Part shown: positions 18,030-28,152 of the stretch, piece after piece
Layout of the letters: every line of letters begins with the position of its first letter
Position numbering within the stretch: position 1 is the stretch's first letter
NCBI GenBank assembly: GCA_963806035.1
Contig: CAWDWO010000039.1
Span: 32,001 to 96,000, forward strand
Origin: Candidatus Krumholzibacteriota bacterium
GTDB taxonomy: Bacteria > Krumholzibacteriota > Krumholzibacteriia > JAJRXK01
Direction: 5' to 3'
DNA length: 64,000 bases
Made by a program: the position numbers and the translations under genes
The notes under the pieces: model-generated
What the model was told of the DNA's origin: nothing
The model's database searches: none
The model's input: only the letters and a program-made list of their open reading frames with translations

Positions 18030-18977
18030 GTGAGTCAGCTGAAGAATCCGTCTGACGATGCTGAGCTCTTCTCAGCTCTGCGCTCCCTGACCACGGAGGC
18101 GCGAAACCCCCGTACGCAATCCATCGATCTCGCCGACACCGAGGAAATCCTGACCCTGATTCATCAGGAAGACAGGACAGTGGCGGAGCGCGTGGGCGCG
18201 GCCATCGGCGAACTGGCCAAGATCGTGGAGCGAGTCAGCGCGGCCTTCTTGGCGGGAGGCAGCCTTTACTACGCGGGGGCAGGCACCTCGGGGAGACTGG
18301 GCGTTCTCGACGCAGCCGAATGTCCGCCGACCTTCGGTACAGCTCCCGAACAGGTCGTGGGCCTCATCGCCGGAGGTCACGAGACACTGGTGCGCAGCCG
18401 CGAAGGAGTCGAGGATCAACAGTCCGAAGGTGCCGCCGCGGTCGACGAGCATGAGCTGGGACCCAAGGACGTACTGGTGGGAATCTCGGCCAGCCGCCGT
18501 ACTCCTTTCGTGCACGGTGCCTTGAAGCGCGCGCGGCAGAGAGGAGCGTGGACCGCTTTTTTGGTGTGCAACGCAGTGGCGGGCGAGACGGAGGATGTGG
18601 CCGACTTGGTGGTGGAGATCGTCGTCGGTCCCGAGGCCATCACGGGCAGCACGCGAATGAAGTCGGCACTGGCTCAAAAGATGGCGCTCACCATGATCTC
18701 GACCGCCGCCATGGTCAGGATCGGCAAGGTCTACGAGAATCTCATGGTGGACTTGAGGCCGACCAGCAAGAAGCTGATGGAGCGGGCCAAGGGGATCGTC
18801 ATGCACCTGGGCGGTGTCGACTACGATGAAGCGTCCCGCTTGCTTTTGCTCAGCGATTGGAGCGTCAAGCCCGCGGTCATCATGGCGGCGCGGGGCCTGA
18901 GTCTGCAGGAGGCCAATGCTCGCCTGGAGAGAGCAGAGGGGTTCTTGCGCCGTGCCTTGCAGGAGGGAGCCAAGTGA
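18030..18977 (+). CDS. murQ: N-acetylmuramic acid 6-phosphate etherase
   Basis: TEARNP, GAGTSGRLGVLDAAECPPTF, GPEAITGSTRMKS, GKVYENLMVD. Confidence 0.96.
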   Translation: MSQLKNPSDDAELFSALRSLTTEARNPRTQSIDLADTEEILTLIHQEDRTVAERVGAAIGELAKIVERVSAAFLAGGSLYYAGAGTSGRLGVLDAAECPPTFGTAPEQVVGLIAGGHETLVRSREGVEDQQSEGAAAVDEHELGPKDVLVGISASRRTPFVHGALKRARQRGAWTAFLVCNAVAGETEDVADLVVEIVVGPEAITGSTRMKSALAQKMALTMISTAAMVRIGKVYENLMVDLRPTSKKLMERAKGIVMHLGGVDYDEASRLLLLSDWSVKPAVIMAARGLSLQEANARLERAEGFLRRALQEGAK

Positions 18978-20032
18978 GACGACTGCTATGCCTCGCGCTT
19001 CTCCTGCTGCTTTCGGCCTGCCAGGCCAAGAGCGAGCAAGAAGAAGCCTCCCCGCGCACCCTTCCCGTCGAACGCCCCAGCCTGAGTGTCTCGCTTCTGA
19101 GTGATTCGGCCATGGTCGCCCGAGTGGGCGAGGAGTGGGCGAGGAGTCAGGGAATGGATCTAAAGCTGATTCCGCGGGAGCAGGGGCAAAGCCCTCCGCC
19201 GGAAGTGGCTCTGGTCGAACTCGAGGACGGCGGCGGCCAGCCCTGGCTCCTGGCTCCCTATGGCCTCTTGGCCAGGCTGGACTTGCTGCAGGAGTCGGGT
19301 CAATCGACCCGCTGTCCCGACTCCTGGCAAGCTCTCGCGGTTCTGGTGAGGGCCATGGAAAGCGAGGGGAAAGCGCTGGGAATCCCCCAGTCCAGCGAGG
19401 GCCTGCACCGGCTCTTTCTTCCTCTGTACTGGGCGGCGCGCGGCGTGGAGTCGCAGGAAGCGCCGCGCCTGGACGCCCCGGCGGCCGAGGGGGCTCTGGC
19501 CTATCTGGTCGCGCTCTCCCAACGCGCCCAGCGAGCCGCGCCCGACGAGCTGGAGCAGTCGTTCCTGGCCGGGGAGTTGGCCTTCTTGGCCTGCGATCTC
19601 AACACTGCCCGCAGCATTCAGGATCGGGCGCCTCAGTTCCGGCTTCAACTGTGGCCCTGGCCGGCCGAGGAAGGGGGGAGGCCGGGCGTCGCCCTGGCCC
19701 TGGCTCGCTCGTGGAAAGTCCCCGCGGATTCGCCCCAGCCGGAGCTCGCGACTTCCTTGAAGAATGCACTCACTTCCCCGCGCGCAGCCAAAGTGATCGA
19801 GGAAACCCGGGGCGCCTGGATGCCCGCGGCAAACGAGGGAGGCGAGACGCCGGCTCTGCTCACGCAGTTGCAAGGCACGCTGCATCCCTGGCCGCGGGGC
19901 AAGAACGCGCTTCTTCTCTCGACTCTGCTCGACCGGGCCTGCGACGCGGCCCTGGACCGGCGCCGCAGCCCGCGGGCGGCTCTCGCCGAGGCCAAAGCTG
20001 CATTTGATTCCAAGGCTGACTTGTCGCCGTGA
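18974..20032 (+). CDS. Lipoprotein resembling a divergent sugar ABC-transporter solute-binding protein
   Basis: Lipobox LLLLSAC; PDSWQAL and SFLAGELAF resemble family-1 SBP motifs; GTG overlaps the murQ stop. Confidence 0.55.
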   Translation: MRRLLCLALLLLLSACQAKSEQEEASPRTLPVERPSLSVSLLSDSAMVARVGEEWARSQGMDLKLIPREQGQSPPPEVALVELEDGGGQPWLLAPYGLLARLDLLQESGQSTRCPDSWQALAVLVRAMESEGKALGIPQSSEGLHRLFLPLYWAARGVESQEAPRLDAPAAEGALAYLVALSQRAQRAAPDELEQSFLAGELAFLACDLNTARSIQDRAPQFRLQLWPWPAEEGGRPGVALALARSWKVPADSPQPELATSLKNALTSPRAAKVIEETRGAWMPAANEGGETPALLTQLQGTLHPWPRGKNALLLSTLLDRACDAALDRRRSPRAALAEAKAAFDSKADLSP

Positions 20033-20055
20033 GCGACTACGTCTAGCATCTCGAC

Positions 20056-21258
20056 ATGCTTGCCGATCTTCTACGCGAACGCCTCGCGGCGCGGCCGCTC
20101 TTCGCCGTGGGACTCATGTCCGGCACCAGCTTGGACGGTGTCGATGCCGTGCTGATGCGTCTGGATCCGCCCGAGGACCCGCGCCAGTGGCAAATCGTGG
20201 CCTCTTGGAGCGGACCCTTCCAGGAGGTGGGGGCCGAACGCCTGCGGGCCATCGCGCAGGGAGGAAGCACCGACGCCGGTGAACTGAGCCGCGTTCGCAT
20301 GGCAGTCGCGCGCGATTACGAGCGCGCGGTGCGCGAGGTTTGCCGTGACGCGGTGATGAGGCCCGAGGAACTCCTCTACGTCGCGGCGCATGGGGTGACC
20401 CTGTGGCACGCCCCCGCCAAGGGCGGGGGCCACACCTGGCAGATTCACGCGGGACCCGCTCTGGCGACCTGGCTCTCGACCATCGTGATCGACGATTTCC
20501 GCACCGCTGACGTGGCGGCCGGGGGGCACGGCGCCCCCCTGGCGCCGATCGCCGATCTCCGCCTGCGCGTGCATCCGCAGGAGGACCGCGTCATTCTGAA
20601 TTTTGGAGGCGTCGCCAATCTCACCGCGCTCCCCGCGGGCGCCACGAAGAGTAGCGAGATTTGTTGCGGCGACGTCGGACCGGCCAATCTGCTCCTGGAC
20701 GGACTCAAGCGGCGTCAGACCGAAGGACGTGAACATTTCGATCGCGACGGCAGACTGGGTCTCTCGGGCCGTCCCGACCGGCAGCTCGTGCAGGAGATGC
20801 TGGAAGAGGGTTGGGCACGCCTGCCGTTGCCCCGTTCTTTCGGTCGCGAGCAGTTTGGCGCCACCTATCTCGAGGGCTTTCTCCACCGGGCCGCGAAGCT
20901 GAATCCGGCCGACCAGATGGCCACCTTGGTGGCCATGGAAGCGGGCAGCGTGCGGATCTTCCTCGAAGAACTCTGCGGCAAGTGGCGTCGTTGCGAAGAG
21001 AACAAGCTCGGGATCTATCTCTGCGGCGGGGGACGCCACAACCACGCACTGGTGGACGCGTTGGAACTGGAGATACCCTACGCGAAGATCGACGGCATCG
21101 AGGCCCTCGGAACTTCAGCCGATTTCAAGGAGGCCGTCGACTGGACTCTTTTGGGCTGGTTGACTCTCAACGCGCAGGGGGCGGGCCAAGCCCAACTGAC
21201 CGGCGCGGATCGCGAACTCGTACTGGGTTCCATTCACGCCCCCACCTTGCTGCAATGA
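20056..21258 (+). CDS. anmK: Anhydro-N-acetylmuramic acid kinase
   Basis: GLMSGTSLDGVD, DFRTADVAAGGHGAPLAP, LNFGGVANLT, DVGPANLLLD, CGGGRHN, KEA. Confidence 0.95.
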   Translation: MLADLLRERLAARPLFAVGLMSGTSLDGVDAVLMRLDPPEDPRQWQIVASWSGPFQEVGAERLRAIAQGGSTDAGELSRVRMAVARDYERAVREVCRDAVMRPEELLYVAAHGVTLWHAPAKGGGHTWQIHAGPALATWLSTIVIDDFRTADVAAGGHGAPLAPIADLRLRVHPQEDRVILNFGGVANLTALPAGATKSSEICCGDVGPANLLLDGLKRRQTEGREHFDRDGRLGLSGRPDRQLVQEMLEEGWARLPLPRSFGREQFGATYLEGFLHRAAKLNPADQMATLVAMEAGSVRIFLEELCGKWRRCEENKLGIYLCGGGRHNHALVDALELEIPYAKIDGIEALGTSADFKEAVDWTLLGWLTLNAQGAGQAQLTGADRELVLGSIHAPTLLQ

Positions 21259-22688
21259 AGTACACGCTATCCAATCTTTCTCGGGCGGTATTTGAATCGA
21301 AACTCGCGCTCGTGAGCGCGACGGTTCTCTGCTGCTTCGCCTTGTCCTGTTCTCACCCGCCTGCGCCACGCATGGACGGCAAGCAGATCGAACACGATCA
21401 AGGCACTCTGCCGCCGTGGGACGACGAGGGAATTCCCCTTCCCTCGGACGAAGTCGAAACACCACGAGAGACGCCGCTCTTTAGGCCGGGGGGTGACGTG
21501 GTGCGCATCGGTCTCTCCACCGGCAACGAGCGGATCGAAGTGCGCGCCGAGTGTCCCGTCGAGATCCTCGATCTTGGGGGTAAGAGTTACGGAAGGGATC
21601 TCGGCCCGGGACGCATTCGCATCAGTCGCGCTCGCAGGGGCTTGGTGCTGGACGGACCCGGCTTCGACGCCTTGGGCGTTCCCGGCCGGGGAGTGCTCCT
21701 GCGAGGCAAGAAAGGTGAGGCCTGTTTCTCGAGCGGAGGGAATGTCTACACCGGTGACGCTCTCATCGAGCATCAGGCGGACGGTCGCCTCGCCTTGGTG
21801 AACGTGGTCGACCTGGAGAGCTACTTGCGCGGAGTCATTCCCTGGGAAATCGGGAGACCGGGAAAGGAGTCCATGGAGGCGGTGAAGGCGCAGGCGATCG
21901 CCGCGCGCACCTATACCGTGGCTCATCTGGGAAGACGCGAGGAACTGGGCTTCGACCTGTGGGACAACGTCGCCGATCAAGTGTACCGGGGAATGACGGG
22001 GGTCAGCGAAGTGACCGACCGCGCGGTGGCGGAGACCCGTTCGCAGGTTCTGCGCTACGAGGGAGAGATCGTACAAGCGTACTACTGCAGTACCTGCGGC
22101 GGTCACACCAGCGCCATCCAGGACGTGTGGCCGCGAGAAGCCGTGCCCTATCTACAGGGAGTTCGTGACGCTCCTGAGGGCGAGAGCTCCTGGTGTAAGG
22201 AGAGTCCGCACTTTCGTTGGACGGTGGCCTGGAGTGCACGGGAACTGGGGGAGATCATTCGCGCACACCTCCCGACGGAAGTCGATCCGCGGCTCAGCGC
22301 GCGCCAGGTCGGCGTGCTCCAGGGGCTACAAGTTCTCGAGCGCGATCGCAGTGGCCGCGTGCGCCGCCTGAGGGTGAAGACCAGCACCGGCAGTTGGGAA
22401 GTGGTGGGTGATCGCATCCGATGGGTGCTGCGACCGCCCCGTGGACGCTTCGAAATCTTGCGCAGCACACTCTTCAGTCTGCAGGAATATCGCGACGAAG
22501 AGGGCAACTTGATCGGTGTGCGGGTTCAGGGGGGCGGCAACGGACACGGCATCGGAATGTGTCAGAGCGGGGCACTCGCCATGGCCCGCGCCGGACGAAG
22601 CAGCGAGCAAATTCTCCAGCACTACTATCCCGGCACCCAGATCGAGTCGCTGCGCGGGGGACGCGAGGAATGGGCGCGAGCACGATGA
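21255..22688 (+). CDS. SpoIID/LytB-domain lytic transglycosylase (probable lipoprotein)
   Basis: YLRGVIPWE, EAVKAQAIAARTY, QVYRG, YCSTCGGHT, LRST, GGNGHGIGMCQ, QILQHYYPG; lipobox-like ALSC. Confidence 0.9.
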   Translation: MKYTLSNLSRAVFESKLALVSATVLCCFALSCSHPPAPRMDGKQIEHDQGTLPPWDDEGIPLPSDEVETPRETPLFRPGGDVVRIGLSTGNERIEVRAECPVEILDLGGKSYGRDLGPGRIRISRARRGLVLDGPGFDALGVPGRGVLLRGKKGEACFSSGGNVYTGDALIEHQADGRLALVNVVDLESYLRGVIPWEIGRPGKESMEAVKAQAIAARTYTVAHLGRREELGFDLWDNVADQVYRGMTGVSEVTDRAVAETRSQVLRYEGEIVQAYYCSTCGGHTSAIQDVWPREAVPYLQGVRDAPEGESSWCKESPHFRWTVAWSARELGEIIRAHLPTEVDPRLSARQVGVLQGLQVLERDRSGRVRRLRVKTSTGSWEVVGDRIRWVLRPPRGRFEILRSTLFSLQEYRDEEGNLIGVRVQGGGNGHGIGMCQSGALAMARAGRSSEQILQHYYPGTQIESLRGGREEWARAR

Positions 22689-24190
22689 GCGCTCCATTGC
22701 CCGTTCTGGTTGGACTGCAGGGCACGACACTTCTACCAGCTGAGGAAGAGGCACTGCGCCGTCTTCAGCCGCGCGGTGTTCTCCTCTTCAAGCGAAACGT
22801 CGTTTCGAATGCACAATTGGAGGAACTGTGCGCGAAAGTCACGGGCATTCTTCAGGAGAGTTCCGACTTGCCGCTCATCGCGGCCGACCACGAAGGGGGG
22901 CCGGTCAGCGTCCTGGGCGCCGCCGTGGGAATCCCCCCTTCCGCGCGCGCACTGGGGCTGGCGGATGATCCCGAACTCACGCGCCGGGTTCACAAGGAGA
23001 GCGCGCGCCGCGCGCGGCGGGCCGGAGTCAACTTTCTTCTGGCGCCGGTGGCCGATGTCGATCGTCCGGGAAACCCGGTGATCGGAATCCGCGCCTTCTC
23101 CCAAGACAGCACGCGAGTCGCCACGCAGGTGAAAGCCGCGGTGCGCGGACTGCGCGAGGGGGGAGTGTACAGCTGCGCGAAGCACTGGCCGGGTCACGGT
23201 TCCCCGAGCAGCGACAGCCACCAAGAAAGCGCGAGTGTCACGATCGAGCTGAAAGAGTGGCAGGAGATCGACCTGCCGCCTTTTCGAGCCGCGGTTGCGG
23301 CCGGGGTCTCCGCGCTCATGGTGGGTCACCTCGCCTTCGCCGAACTGGACCGGAGCGGGGTCATCGCCCCGCTCTCGCGCCGCATTCTTGAAGAGTGCAG
23401 GAGAAGCTTGGGCTTCGAGGGCCTCCTGCTGAGCGATGCGCTGGAAATGGAGGGCTTCGGCGGCGCCGACCCCGCGGACGCACTCGATGCGGGAATCGAT
23501 CTCCTGCTCTTCGGCAAGACACTGCTTTCGTTGAAAGACGAGCTGAGTTCTCTGGCGGAACGCCTGAAGCCGCACGACGGCCGTGTCTACGCCTTTCCCG
23601 ATGCGCCCCAGGATCCGCCGGAGACCGCGGACGCCGAAGCCTATGTGCGCGCGCGAACGAGTGGTGTGTGCGTGCACGGCCCTCTCGCCTGGGATCGGAA
23701 GTCTTGGGTGCTGTGGGACGGGGTGAGTGGCGATCGGCTCTACCCCTTCGCCGATTGGGGGAGCGAGGAGCAAAGCGATGCGTCCCTCGTGGCGGGGAAC
23801 GAAGAGCGCGAGGAAGGTGAATCTTCGCTGGAGCTTTCTCTCTCGCGCGCGCTGCAGCTCACGGCAAGGGAAATTGGGCGCTGGGATCCGCACGAAAATG
23901 AATTTCAAAATGAGGCGCGGTTGGAGCGCATCCCCTGGCCCGAGAAGGGAGAGGGCCTGCTCATCGCGAGCCTCCGTCCCTTGGCCCGACCACTGCTCGA
24001 CGCGTTGCAAGCGCGCTTGAGCGAGCCCTCGGCAAGCCCCGCGTGGGTGATCTGCCTGGGTGTTTTGCCTGCCCCCGTGACGGAGTCGCAGTTACCGTGG
24101 CTGCACCTTCCCGGACTCTGCGAGCGGGATTTCAAGCTTCTTTCGCCGATCCTGCAGGGCGGCGTTGACAGGGGACAGCCTCGTTGCTAG
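22685..24190 (+). CDS. nagZ: GH3 beta-N-acetylhexosaminidase with divergent C-terminal extension
   Basis: LLFKRN, DHEGG, APVADV, KHWPGHGSPSSDSH (NagZ signature), SDALEM. Confidence 0.85.
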   Translation: MSAPLPVLVGLQGTTLLPAEEEALRRLQPRGVLLFKRNVVSNAQLEELCAKVTGILQESSDLPLIAADHEGGPVSVLGAAVGIPPSARALGLADDPELTRRVHKESARRARRAGVNFLLAPVADVDRPGNPVIGIRAFSQDSTRVATQVKAAVRGLREGGVYSCAKHWPGHGSPSSDSHQESASVTIELKEWQEIDLPPFRAAVAAGVSALMVGHLAFAELDRSGVIAPLSRRILEECRRSLGFEGLLLSDALEMEGFGGADPADALDAGIDLLLFGKTLLSLKDELSSLAERLKPHDGRVYAFPDAPQDPPETADAEAYVRARTSGVCVHGPLAWDRKSWVLWDGVSGDRLYPFADWGSEEQSDASLVAGNEEREEGESSLELSLSRALQLTAREIGRWDPHENEFQNEARLERIPWPEKGEGLLIASLRPLARPLLDALQARLSEPSASPAWVICLGVLPAPVTESQLPWLHLPGLCERDFKLLSPILQGGVDRGQPRC

Positions 24191-24193
24191 ATT
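24165..24193 (+). promoter_or_regulatory. Sigma70 promoter of tRNA-Asp
   Basis: TTGACA-17 nt-TAGATT. Confidence 0.65.
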
Positions 24194-24241
24194 CCCTCTC
24201 CGCTTCGCCTTCGGGCGACGCAACGTGCCTTAGTGGCATTC

Positions 24242-24319
24242 GGGGGCGTAGTTCAGCTTGGTTAGAACGCCGGCCTGTCAAGCCGGAGGTCGCGAGTTCG
24301 ATCCTCGTCGCTCCCGCCA
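24242..24319 (+). tRNA. tRNA-Asp(GTC)
   Basis: Acceptor GGGGGCG/CGCTCCC, anticodon arm CCGGC-CTGTCAA-GCCGG, T-loop TTCGAT, CCA. Confidence 0.96.
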
Positions 24320-24328
24320 TCTTTCGAC

Positions 24329-24357
24329 AAGCCCGCTCCTTTGAGGAGCGGGCTTTC
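24329..24357 (+). terminator. Terminator after tRNA-Asp
   Basis: aagcccgctcct-ttg-aggagcgggctt 12-bp stem. Confidence 0.75.
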
Positions 24358-24526
24358 GCATGCGCGAATGCGGGCCGGGAATACTGGCGGTCGAGACACT
24401 TTTGACACACATTAATCAACGGTGCTGGCACTGCCTGACCCTCCACCTGGGCGAGAGCCGCACCTTACCAAAGTGCCCTCCGGTGCCGTGCCGGAGGGCG
24501 CGTCTTTATCCGGCATGGGGAAGGAC

Positions 24527-25126
24527 TCAGGCCGGGAGATCTTCGGGCCGGTTCCAGTTGCGCAGCACGCGCGCATCGTTCACTTCCACGCGTATCAATT
24601 CGCTCTCCTCCAGGCCGCGCAAGCAATCGCGCAGACTGAGCGCCGATTTCCAATCGAAACGCGAGAGCGCGCCACGGGTGAGCGCGAGGGGGTGTCCCCC
24701 TTGCTCTTGATACACGGGCTTGGCGACGAGTGCAGGAACGAGCGCCGCTTGCAGTTTGCGCAGAATAGGGGATTCGATGGGACCGGTGTCGATGGGCTGC
24801 AGAAAGAAGGCTTGGTAAGCGCGAGTTTGAACGACGCGAAAGGCGCAGCGCACGCTTTCCATCATGGGCGCGCTCGCGTCGGCACCGGCGTGAAGGACGA
24901 GCCCCTTCGAGGCGAGCGATTCCTGGATCTCGGGAAGTCTCTTCAACTCCTCCGCCGCCTCGTCGCTGAGGATGGCGTGGACTTCAGAAACTCCGAACTG
25001 GAAATACGAGCTGGCGATCCGCTGCAAGATCAGCGCGCCATCGATCCTCAAGAGGGCCTTGGGAAAGCCCATGCGCTGGCCGCGGCCCGCGGCGAGTACG
25101 AACGCGGCACTGATCTCAGTCGCCAT
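24527..25126 (-). CDS. MocA/YgfJ-like nucleotidyltransferase (Moco cytidylyltransferase family)
   Basis: LAAGRGQRMGFPKALL, GGHP, NWNRPED; adjacent to xdhC. Confidence 0.8.
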   Translation of the reverse strand: MATEISAAFVLAAGRGQRMGFPKALLRIDGALILQRIASSYFQFGVSEVHAILSDEAAEELKRLPEIQESLASKGLVLHAGADASAPMMESVRCAFRVVQTRAYQAFFLQPIDTGPIESPILRKLQAALVPALVAKPVYQEQGGHPLALTRGALSRFDWKSALSLRDCLRGLEESELIRVEVNDARVLRNWNRPEDLPA

Positions 25127-25994
25127 CGTCCGCGCTGGAGACTGAGGGTGAGAGTGGGGGAGTGGGCTCTTCGATACCCCGCCGGTGGTGGATCTTGTTC
25201 AACGAGGCCATGCTGGCCACGAAGATCTTCTCCTTGCGGCCGCGATGGTGCGCAATGAGTTCGGCGACGATGGACACGGCGATCTCACTGGGAGTGATCG
25301 CGCCGATGTCCAGGCCGATGGGCATGTTGACGCGCCCGAGCTGCTCATCGCTGAAGCCCTTCGCTCTGCAGCGAGAAATGGCGCGCGTGACCTTCGAGAG
25401 ACTACCGATGACCCCCAGATACTCGGGCGGAGTTTTCAAGTAGTGCTCGAGAACGGCTTGATCCTGCTCGTGCCCGCGAGTGACCACGACCACGAAGTCA
25501 CGAGGGCCGGCGCTGAGCTCCTCGAGCGCCTCTTCCACGCTCGAGTTGAGGATTCGCTCGACCGAAGGGAAGCGCTGCGGGTTGGCCCATTCCTCCCTTT
25601 CGTCGATTACCGTGACCTGAAAGCCGCAGTCGGAAGCGAGTGCTGCGGTAGGTTGGGCGACGTGTCCGCCTCCGTAGACGAGGAGCCGTCGCGTGGGTTC
25701 GAGAACTTCACAGAAGATCTGCATCACCCCGCCGCAGCACATCCCCAGCTCGGCGCTGAGATTGTATTCGAGAATCCCACTCTTGCGCTTTTCGAGCAGG
25801 GCGGCGGCATCCTTCAGAGCGGCCGCCTCCACGGCGCCACCGCCAATGGTGCCCTCGAAGCTCCCGTCCGCCCGCAGCAGCATGGACGCTCCCACTTCCT
25901 GGGGACCGGAGCCATCGACGCGGATCACCTTGAGGTGAGCCACGGTTTCGCCTCTCTGAAGGGAGTCCGTGATTCGCCGGTAGAATTCGTGCAT
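25116..25994 (-). CDS. xdhC: XdhC/CoxI molybdoenzyme maturation factor
   Basis: GTIGGGAVE, LGMCCGG, YGGGHV, YLGVIGS, PIGLDIGAITPSEIAVSIVAE. Confidence 0.9.
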   Translation of the reverse strand: MHEFYRRITDSLQRGETVAHLKVIRVDGSGPQEVGASMLLRADGSFEGTIGGGAVEAAALKDAAALLEKRKSGILEYNLSAELGMCCGGVMQIFCEVLEPTRRLLVYGGGHVAQPTAALASDCGFQVTVIDEREEWANPQRFPSVERILNSSVEEALEELSAGPRDFVVVVTRGHEQDQAVLEHYLKTPPEYLGVIGSLSKVTRAISRCRAKGFSDEQLGRVNMPIGLDIGAITPSEIAVSIVAELIAHHRGRKEKIFVASMASLNKIHHRRGIEEPTPPLSPSVSSADDGD

Positions 25995-26136
25995 CTTCGA
26001 CCTCGATCGCAAACACTGGTCCCGCGCGCACCTTGGCTCTATTTTAACAGTCTAGGACCAAACGCGTCCGATAGTATTCAAGGTAGGAGAGGGAGCAGTC
26101 AACTGCCCCTCACAACTCCACTCTCAGTGCGGAATC

Positions 26137-27108
26137 ATGTCGTCCAAAGCTCGCTCTTACTGGGCCGCCTCCAAGGACCTTCGACGGGAACTGGGGGAGG
26201 TTCTGGATCAAAACGAGTTGAAAGCCCTGCACCGGCGCAGCGCGCCGCGGCATTTCCTGGTGGCTTTGCGTTTGGTCGCGGTCACCGCACTGTGCATTTT
26301 CGCACTGCTGCGCTTCGACCTGGGCTACTTCTGGCCTTTGCCCGCGATTCTGCTCGGCTTCTGCTACTTCGACTACACCGTGCTGTTGCACGAGGTCGTC
26401 CACAAGACCGTATTCCAGCGCTCGCGGCCGCGCTGGCTGCGCGCACTGGGCATCCTGTACGCGGTGCCCAGCGGGATCTCCGCCTCCCAGTTCACGCGCT
26501 GGCACCTGGATCACCACGACAATCTGGGTGATGGTCTGGACGATCCGAAGCGGCACTGGCTCAGTCCGAAGAAGCGCTCGCGCCTGGTGAAGTTTCTGTA
26601 CTGGACCCCGCTGCTCATTCCCATCTACTTCACGGCCGCCAAGAGAGAGAGCGTTTCCTACGAGCCCTCCCTGCAGCGCACCATCGCCCTCGAGCGGGGA
26701 GTGACCATTCTCTTCCATCTGGCGGTCTTGGCCGGACTCTTCTATTGGGGCGGATTTTCCGCGGCGCTCAAGGTGTATCTGGTGCCCTATCTCTTGGTGT
26801 TCCCCGTCGCTTTCAGCCTCAATCGCTTGGGTCAGCACTATGCCATCGATCCCTCCGAAGTTGCTCGCTGGAGCACGCGCATCGACGGCAACTTCTTTTG
26901 GCGGTGGATCTACCTCAATTCCAACTACCATCTCGAGCACCACTATTTTCAGAACGTGCCGCTGTACAACCTGCGACGTTTGAATCGGATACTCCGCGCC
27001 TTCTACGACGCTCACGGGATTCCCAACTATGGTTACGGGCGGATCCTGAGAGCTTGGTTCGTGGACAACGAGGCGCCGCACACGCGTTGGGCCTGCGAGA
27101 ACGAATGA
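26137..27108 (+). CDS. Membrane fatty-acid desaturase family protein
   Basis: His boxes HEVVH, HLDHH, YHLEHH with intervening TM segments. Confidence 0.88.
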   Translation: MSSKARSYWAASKDLRRELGEVLDQNELKALHRRSAPRHFLVALRLVAVTALCIFALLRFDLGYFWPLPAILLGFCYFDYTVLLHEVVHKTVFQRSRPRWLRALGILYAVPSGISASQFTRWHLDHHDNLGDGLDDPKRHWLSPKKRSRLVKFLYWTPLLIPIYFTAAKRESVSYEPSLQRTIALERGVTILFHLAVLAGLFYWGGFSAALKVYLVPYLLVFPVAFSLNRLGQHYAIDPSEVARWSTRIDGNFFWRWIYLNSNYHLEHHYFQNVPLYNLRRLNRILRAFYDAHGIPNYGYGRILRAWFVDNEAPHTRWACENE

Positions 27109-27168
27109 GGCCACCCCGCGGGGAGGTGGCCTTCACGATTCACCGGGAATTTTCGCGCGAAATTGGCT

Positions 27169-27405
27169 TCAGATCTTCTCGCCGCGCGCGCGCAGCTCGC
27201 GCAATACGGTGGAGATGCCCTTCTTGGAAATGGTCTTCATTCCCTTGGCGCTGACGGTGAGACTGACCCAACGGTTTTCCTCGGGGACCCAGAAACGCTT
27301 CTTGTGAAGATTGGGCAAGAAGCGGCGCTTGTTCAGATTGTGGGCATGGGAGACGTGGTTCCCGGACATCGGGCGCTTTCCCGTCACCTGGCAGATTCGC
27401 GACAT
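27169..27405 (-). CDS. rpmB: 50S ribosomal protein L28
   Basis: [33 protein letters not shown]. Confidence 0.97.
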   Translation of the reverse strand: MSRICQVTGKRPMSGNHVSHAHNLNKRRFLPNLHKKRFWVPEENRWVSLTVSAKGMKTISKKGISTVLRELRARGEKI

Positions 27406-27588
27406 ACTAATGACTCCTCGTTCTCTCTTGGGCTTCCGCTTCTTGGGGCGGCTCGGCCGAGAGATTGACGTCCTACACGCTGCGCGCGTTGACTTTCTGT
27501 CCAGCCCAGCGGCCTACTAGTATATCGATGTGGACGGCCATTGCAAGGAGGGTGGCCGCGGAGAGCCCTGAGGGCGGCCAGGAGACGC

Positions 27589-28020
27589 TCAGTCGTCCCC
27601 GAAGGGGTTGGCCGGCCCCTTGCGCTGGAAGTTCTTGAAATCGTCGTCCAGGGAAGCGATGCGCTTTTTCTTCGCTGGCGTCTCGCCCTCGCGGAAGAGC
27701 GATTCCAGCTTGGCCTGTTCCTGCGCCATTTTTTCGTCGAAGGCCTTGATGTCCTCGGCGAGGCCGCTCTCGTCCTCGGCCTGGGGCAGAGTCTCCAGTT
27801 TGAGGTGGTCGCGGATCTCGTAGCGCTCGTCGTAGGCCGAACCCACGCGGACCAGGATCTCATCCTCGACCAGACCGCGCAGGAGGAAGCCCACCTTCTC
27901 ATGAGGCCAGCCGAGGAACTCGCTGATCTCCTCAGCCTTGGGAGGGTGCTGACGCAGATACGAGAGCACGCGCACGCATGCCACCAAGAGATGTCCCTCC
28001 TGATACGGTACCTTGATCAT
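27589..28020 (-). CDS. Hypothetical protein (winged-helix-like N-terminus, coiled C-terminus)
   Basis: RBS GAGGAGG; 143-aa ORF with plausible composition. Confidence 0.65.
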   Translation of the reverse strand: MIKVPYQEGHLLVACVRVLSYLRQHPPKAEEISEFLGWPHEKVGFLLRGLVEDEILVRVGSAYDERYEIRDHLKLETLPQAEDESGLAEDIKAFDEKMAQEQAKLESLFREGETPAKKKRIASLDDDFKNFQRKGPANPFGDD

Positions 28021-28152
28021 CGCTACCTCCTCTTGCCTCTAGGGCAATGCTAGCTCGGAGATCCTTTCCGCGCCAAGGGCGAAGCGGCCCCTCTTGCGCC
28101 GGTTTCCGCCTCAGGCCTACTCTGAAGAAGACCCCGGGATTCGGAGGAGAGT

